NCBI GenBank assembly: GCA_045628045.1 | Contig: JAZQOV010000003.1 | Location: 32,001 to 96,000, forward strand | Reading direction: 5' to 3' | DNA length: 64,000 nt | From: Bacilli bacterium | Lineage (GTDB): Bacteria; Bacillota_I; Bacilli_A; RFN20; CAG-826 | In this document: positions 59,682-64,000 of the stretch, piece by piece | Layout of the letters: the number at the start of each line of letters is the position of its first letter | Numbering within the stretch: the first letter of the stretch is position 1 | The notes under the pieces: model-generated | Seen by the model: the letters and a program-made list of their open reading frames with translations, nothing else | The model's database searches: none | What the model was told of the DNA's origin: nothing | Program-made: the position numbers and the translations under genes

Positions 59682-61109
59682 TTAATTCTCAGCTCGATTA
59701 CTAGCTCCTTTTCTTTTCTTAAAATATAAAATCATAAATCCAACCGTTGTTACAAGGAATACTCCTGCAGTGACGGAGAGCAAAATAATAAGCGAACCGC
59801 TTGACATAAGGGTTCCGTTTCCGTCAGAAGGCGTATTATTGTAAAAGGTACAATCTTTTGTAAATGTAAAATCATCACTTGAAGCATAGACAAGATAGTA
59901 TGCGCCGCCTTCTTTTGATGCTTTGCAATCATGTATTTCTAAACACCATAAAGATTGATTTCTATCATTTCCATATACGCCACCGCCGTATTCTGCAGAA
60001 CAATTAAATATTGTTATGTGGTCTAAATCGTTATTAAATCCAGAAGCGTAAATGCCACCACCATATCTACCAGCTTCACAACCCGAGATTTCTAAAAATG
60101 AAGACAAACTTCCATACAAACTTCCTTGCTCACAATCGCTATAAATAGCACCACCATCAAATTTGGCAGTACAATCCTTAATTGATGTTTTGTCAAAAGA
60201 GCATCTTTGAAATGCATATTGACTTCTTTGATAATCGTAAGCCAAGTTATCTTCTATATAAATAGCACCACCATAATATGCTGAACAACCTTCAAAAGTT
60301 GATCCTTTTACAGTAAGAATTGGATTGTTACCACCATGAATGATATCTTCAAGATAAACCGCGCCACCATAATATGATTGACAATCATTAAATGTGCACC
60401 CAGTTAAAGATATGGTGTTGATTTTTTCCATGCAAATTGCACCACCATATCCTGTCGAACAACAATTTTCGAATTTACAATTTACAAAACTTGCATCATG
60501 ACAACCGTCACCCATTGCAAATATTGGGTAAGATAAATTAGTTTTGAAACCAAGAATTGTGGTGTTATACACGTCTAATCTACCGGTATCAACCCAAATT
60601 GAACAATTGTATTCATCGCCTGAACGTGAAGTTTTAATTGTTCCACCGTCGCCATTAATGGTAAGACTATAATCTAATTTCCAATAGTCGCCGTGATTTA
60701 TTTCTAAGGTTTTTCCGTGTAAATTGATTGTTATCGGCATAGGTAAATTATTACAAAGTTTCAAACTTCTGATGACATAGTCTTTTTCAAGATCAATAAT
60801 ACACTTTAACGAGGTTTTTTCACTCCAATAACTATAATAATTTGAATGCATTTCTTGAAAGGTATAATCCATGTTTTTATCTTTGAGTTCATAAATCATG
60901 TCTTCACCTTCATATACTCTAACTACTAATCCACTAACATCTAAGTGTGGAATATCTTTAGAAATCCCAATTGTTCTAACTGGCATTTCAGATTCAGTGT
61001 CAGCATGTACAGGAGCTATTTTATTAGAACTTCTTATGCATAAATTTGTGCCAACAACCATAAACGTGCAAAATAAACCAACTAAAATTGTTTTTGTTAT
61101 TTTTCTCAT
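59682..61109 (-). CDS. Beta-helix (Pmp-like GGA[IV] repeat) surface protein with C-terminal anchor
   Basis: Signal peptide ending VHA|D, about seven F..C.A..GG(A/G)(I/V)Y-type repeats, and C-terminal GTLMSSGS, TM helix, KKRK. Confidence 0.82.
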   Translation of the reverse strand: MRKITKTILVGLFCTFMVVGTNLCIRSSNKIAPVHADTESEMPVRTIGISKDIPHLDVSGLVVRVYEGEDMIYELKDKNMDYTFQEMHSNYYSYWSEKTSLKCIIDLEKDYVIRSLKLCNNLPMPITINLHGKTLEINHGDYWKLDYSLTINGDGGTIKTSRSGDEYNCSIWVDTGRLDVYNTTILGFKTNLSYPIFAMGDGCHDASFVNCKFENCCSTGYGGAICMEKINTISLTGCTFNDCQSYYGGAVYLEDIIHGGNNPILTVKGSTFEGCSAYYGGAIYIEDNLAYDYQRSQYAFQRCSFDKTSIKDCTAKFDGGAIYSDCEQGSLYGSLSSFLEISGCEAGRYGGGIYASGFNNDLDHITIFNCSAEYGGGVYGNDRNQSLWCLEIHDCKASKEGGAYYLVYASSDDFTFTKDCTFYNNTPSDGNGTLMSSGSLIILLSVTAGVFLVTTVGFMILYFKKRKGASNRAEN

Positions 61110-61380
61110 TTTAAATTTAACCTCGAAATTTACGTTATTTTATTTTATAGTATTTTATACTAAAAGTACAATAGATTTGTAACCCTCATGCTCGTTATAT
61201 CGTAAAAGAAATTAAACGTCAAAAATCTATAGAAAAATAGAATTTTCTTGGCCAAATTTCAGAGAAGACATCGAGTATATTTCTTCTCGTTACGACGGTT
61301 AACCATCAGTTCTTCCTGGAGGTTCGCTAGGTTCAAGCCTCTAAACCAAACAAAAAGACACCAAAAGGTGTCTGTTATTG

Positions 61381-61460
61381 TCTTGTCTTGCTGCAACAAA
61401 GTTAATATTTTTTATAACAAGTGCAACGAAGTTAATAGATTGAACGCGACGAAGTTAATA
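61381..61460. repeat. Left three-box direct-repeat array
   Basis: TCTTGTCTT, then GCAACAAAGTTAATA (61393), GCAACGAAGTTAATA (61423) and GCGACGAAGTTAATA (61446). Confidence 0.85.
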
Positions 61461-61967
61461 TATTCTTTCCAATATTGGAGTAACTTCAATTATATTTTTA
61501 CTTTTATCAAGATGGTTTTTGTCCAAAACTGTCTTTGGTCTAACGCAGTATTTAGCATCAATAAAACCAATAGTACATTCTCCATTAGTAGTTGCAATAG
61601 TACATGAGACTTTGCCTTTTTCAAATTTTTCTTGGAATAATAATTTTTGTTCAAATACTGAATCAAAATTAACAAGATGTTTGAGCTTTTGCCTAACAAA
61701 ACCTTTTATTTCTTTTGATGAATCACAATCAAAATCGTCTTCCGCAATAGACTCATTAACACATCTATCAAAAAACTCTTCAGCACTTAAATTAGTTTTT
61801 ACACCAGTTAGATGTAGAAAATTAGTCTTATAAAATCTCAAAATATATTTGTCAGAAACAACAAAAAGATTTGAAGAAACAGTTATTTTTACATTTAATA
61901 ATTTTGAATAACTTTTTGCTGCATCAACTAGTTGATTTCTTGTTCTTGTTTTAAATGAGATCTGCAT
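61455..61967 (-). CDS. PBECR4-domain (Barnase/EndoU/colicin/RelE-like) predicted RNase
   Basis: AAKSY..L...F.KTNFLHLTGV...AEEFF..C...QKL..L...IGF...RPKTVL matches PBECR4 as recalled. ATG at 61967 preferred over the track GTG at 62003, which lies inside the structured RNA. Confidence 0.78.
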   Translation of the reverse strand: MQISFKTRTRNQLVDAAKSYSKLLNVKITVSSNLFVVSDKYILRFYKTNFLHLTGVKTNLSAEEFFDRCVNESIAEDDFDCDSSKEIKGFVRQKLKHLVNFDSVFEQKLLFQEKFEKGKVSCTIATTNGECTIGFIDAKYCVRPKTVLDKNHLDKSKNIIEVTPILERIY

Positions 61968-61974
61968 AAGTAAT

Positions 61975-62078
61975 AAAAAAAGCGTTTTAAGGTGCGCCAC
62001 CACGACTTGGACAGGTTTAAGGTCTCTGGCCCGACGAATTGGGTGGTCTTTTTATGTCTCCCATCCCTCTTGACACTT
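61975..62078 (-). ncRNA. Candidate tandem-pseudoknot RNA (putative antitoxin)
   Basis: Three H-type pseudoknot-compatible units (62041-62075, 62009-62035, 61982-62001) ending in T7. Confidence 0.55.
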
Positions 62079-62080
62079 AG

Positions 62081-62109
62081 ATTATAACAAAGTAATAAAA
62101 AAGATGCAA
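62081..62109 (-). promoter_or_regulatory. Sigma-A promoter of the RNA-PBECR4 unit
   Basis: TTGCAT-17 bp-TATAAT with extended -10 TG. Confidence 0.75.
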
Positions 62110-62128
62110 TTAAATGCATCTCAAATTT

Positions 62129-62207
62129 TCTTGTCTTATTGCAACGAAGTTAATATTTCAAATCTTCACTGCAACGAAGTTAATAGTCGCTAGCAACGAA
62201 GTTAACA
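62129..62207. repeat. Right three-box direct-repeat array
   Basis: TCTTGTCTT, then GCAACGAAGTTAATA (62141 and 62171) and GCAACGAAGTTAACA (62193). Confidence 0.85.
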
Positions 62208-62459
62208 TATGTTTTTCGCGCTTTTCGACACTAAAATGATAACTTTTATAATTTAATGTTTCAACAACCAATTATCATAATTTCATTGTATTAATATGTC
62301 TTGTTGTAACAAAATTAACACAATCAATTTAAATTTTTAAAAAAATAAAACTGTTATGATTACTTGTCTCATCTTTATCGCAATAATGATTTTTTAACCA
62401 AAACGAACGGACATGATAACTTTATCTGAACAACAATCTTATATCACAGATTTTCAATA

Positions 62460-62485
62460 AAAAAGCAGGACTATAAGTCCTGCTA
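62460..62485 (-). terminator. Terminator after the antiporter gene
   Basis: AGCAGGACT-ata-AGTCCTGCT with a T-tract on the minus strand. Confidence 0.7.
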
Positions 62486-62510
62486 AATACATCAAACATC
62501 TATTGTGATA

Positions 62511-63755
62511 TTAAACACCATTATCAACGTTTGATATGCATGGATTAAGCAGCCTCTTGTAGCTCAAATTCATAACAAGAGAACTTAATGGCGCAGTTAT
62601 TAAAATAGATAAAGCAGAAACAGAAAGCACTATAATACCTGCAGCAATAACAGCTTCTGCTCTAGAATTACCATTAGCAAGCATTTGATTTCCTAAATCT
62701 AATAGTCCACCACCAATCGAGGCTTGAACTGTGGCTTTTGGCAAATAAGAAATAGTGACAAAAGACCTCTCTTTAAAGTTTAAATCAGTTTTAATTAAGC
62801 ATCCTTGAACCATTAGTGATCTTGCGGTTAATGAGATTGCTAAGATTACTAGAGCCGGCAAAATGTAAGTTGGAACGTATTCTAATCTAATTGAAGCTCC
62901 AACTAAGAAAAATAGGAACATCTCAGCAGGAATCCATACTTTAGAAGCTTTAGCACTTAATGCTGTAGCCTTTTCTTTTCTAAACATTCTAATTACGATA
63001 CACATAGAGATTGTTGCAAGTAAAGATGAGAAGCCTACATAAGGACTAATTACTTCTTCTAAAGCTACAAAGCCTATACCTATAGCGATTATTAAGAGTA
63101 ATTTCATTGAATCTCTCATGTGCACCTTTCCAAAAATAAGCTTTAATAAGAAGCCAAAACCTACACCAATTGCAACACCAATAACGATAGATAACAAAAT
63201 GTTTACAAAAGCCATGGCGTTTACATTACCGCCAGCTTCAATACTTATAAAAGTCTGATAAAAGACAATCATTACGATGTCATCAATGCTACTACCAGCT
63301 AAAACTAATTGAGGAATACCCTTCTTAGTTCCAACTTTTTCATCCATTAGTCTTGTCATCATTGGAATTACTACTGCAGGAGACACTGCACCAAGTACTG
63401 AACCAAGTAAAAAGGACTCAACATATGTTAAATCAAAGAATAAAGGGGCAACTAAGCCTACAACAATCATTTCAACTACTGCAGGCATAAAAGACATCAT
63501 AATAGCAGGCCTTCCTACTTTCTTTAAGTCTGCTATATCAAGCGATAAACCAGCTTTAACTAAAATAATAATTAAAGCAATTTTCCTTAAGTAAGGTGAA
63601 ATTGCAGCAAGATTAGGATCAAATGCTCCTATTGCATTAATCAAAATGCCTAATAAAAGGTAACCAATTAATGCTGGAACCTTAATCTTATTAAGTAATA
63701 GGAAAATTATTGCTCCACCACCTAGAATGATTAATAAGTCTAGAAAGAATAACAT
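62511..63755 (-). CDS. Cation:proton antiporter (NHA/SLC9B-like CPA family)
   Basis: Start MLFFLD at 63755 after GGAGG. LRKIALIIILVKAGL, AVSPAVVIP, SSIDD and YLPKATVQA. Confidence 0.88.
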   Translation of the reverse strand: MLFFLDLLIILGGGAIIFLLLNKIKVPALIGYLLLGILINAIGAFDPNLAAISPYLRKIALIIILVKAGLSLDIADLKKVGRPAIMMSFMPAVVEMIVVGLVAPLFFDLTYVESFLLGSVLGAVSPAVVIPMMTRLMDEKVGTKKGIPQLVLAGSSIDDIVMIVFYQTFISIEAGGNVNAMAFVNILLSIVIGVAIGVGFGFLLKLIFGKVHMRDSMKLLLIIAIGIGFVALEEVISPYVGFSSLLATISMCIVIRMFRKEKATALSAKASKVWIPAEMFLFFLVGASIRLEYVPTYILPALVILAISLTARSLMVQGCLIKTDLNFKERSFVTISYLPKATVQASIGGGLLDLGNQMLANGNSRAEAVIAAGIIVLSVSALSILITAPLSSLVMNLSYKRLLNPCISNVDNGV

Positions 63756-63777
63756 TTTGATACCTCCCAAAGTAAAT

Positions 63778-63859
63778 AAAAACTGATGTATCTAAAACAA
63801 TGTCTAGATATCATCAGCATCAAATGCGGTTTGATTTAATCAGGGAGATATCATTCCCG
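63778..63859 (-). ncRNA. Fluoride (crcB) riboswitch with terminator expression platform
   Basis: Minus strand GGGAATGATATCTCCC...AAACCGC-atttgat-GCTGATGATATCTAG fits the crcB consensus. It overlaps terminator CTGATGATATCTAGACA...TTAGATACATCAG-TTTTT. Confidence 0.88.
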
Positions 63860-63955
63860 AGATGTATGTATCATAACAAATTTATTTTAAAAAACAAGAA
63901 CTTGTCTCTCTTCCTGAACTTGTTTCTCTTCCTTGCCTATTGAAATTCAATAGCT

Positions 63956-64000
63956 TTACTTTTCAGAATTCCGTACAATAAAAGCCGGCTCATTAACTAG
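63956..64000 (-). CDS. Possible 3' end of a gene entering from the right edge
   Basis: Open frame ...LVNEPAFIVRNSEK* ending at 63956; too short to identify. Confidence 0.3.
   Translation of the reverse strand, partial: LVNEPAFIVRNSEK

Noticed and set aside
61180-61375. Possible tRNA remnant/att site (GGTTCAAGCC then the GACACC/GGTGTC hairpin) and gene fragment ...KIEFSWPNFREDIEYISSRYDG*
   Set aside because: No cloverleaf can be drawn, and the frame is broken and unidentifiable. The 119-aa track ORF at 61248 lacks an RBS and overlaps PBECR4 in antisense.
316-61833. Many short track ORFs nested in or antisense to long genes (e.g. 1811-2260, 19414-19812, 41762-42133, 58581-59075)
   Set aside because: They are shadow frames of well-supported genes, with no RBS or recognisable motifs.
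61381-62207. GCAACGAAGTTAATA arrays as a CRISPR array or loxP-like site
   Set aside because: Repeats are 15 bp with 7-15 bp gaps and no cas genes are present. The boxes share TAACTTCGT with a loxP arm but are in direct, not inverted, orientation.
62230-62450. Recurrent ATGAT(A/T)ACTT motifs in the AT-rich intergenic region
   Set aside because: Irregular spacing in very AT-rich DNA; cannot be distinguished from chance without a genome-wide count.
63898-63933. Two-copy 18-bp tandem repeat GAACTTGTYTCTCTTCCT
   Set aside because: Only two copies near the window edge, with no context to assign a function.

Overview
This is a low-GC chromosomal segment from a Bacillota genome using translation table 11 (ruvB ends in TGA). 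Gene content and the L21-Prp-L27 arrangement suggest a reduced gut or rumen Bacilli lineage such as RF39/RFN20 (inference). Roughly the first 44 kb is mostly minus-strand housekeeping: recJ, secDF, ruvAB, nadE, obgE, rplU-prp-rpmA, radC, greA, alaS, mnmA, pdp, ftsK, RNase J, a Glp-like oxidoreductase trio, pnp, rpsO, ribF, truB and rimP-nusA-infB-rbfA. The remainder is accessory. The strongest candidate novel system is at 61.4-62.2 kb: a PBECR4-type nuclease gene preceded by a consensus promoter and a ~100-nt RNA that folds as three sequence-divergent tandem H-type pseudoknots, a type III toxin-antitoxin-like layout, bracketed by two homologous three-box repeat arrays. Other notable items: an unannotated Phe/Tyr-rich leader peptide and attenuator upstream of a TrpXYZ-like ABC importer; a split aconitase X plus enoate-reductase-like operon; a PrsW-family protease co-located with two surface proteins sharing a C-terminal signal; a basic orphan gene facing two small convergent RNA-like hairpins; a very short-Stem-I, probably translational alaS T-box; a Bro-N/Fic gene whose promoter palindrome recurs in its own coding sequence; and a fluoride riboswitch on a cation/proton antiporter. 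All calls come from reading motifs by eye; no searches were run.
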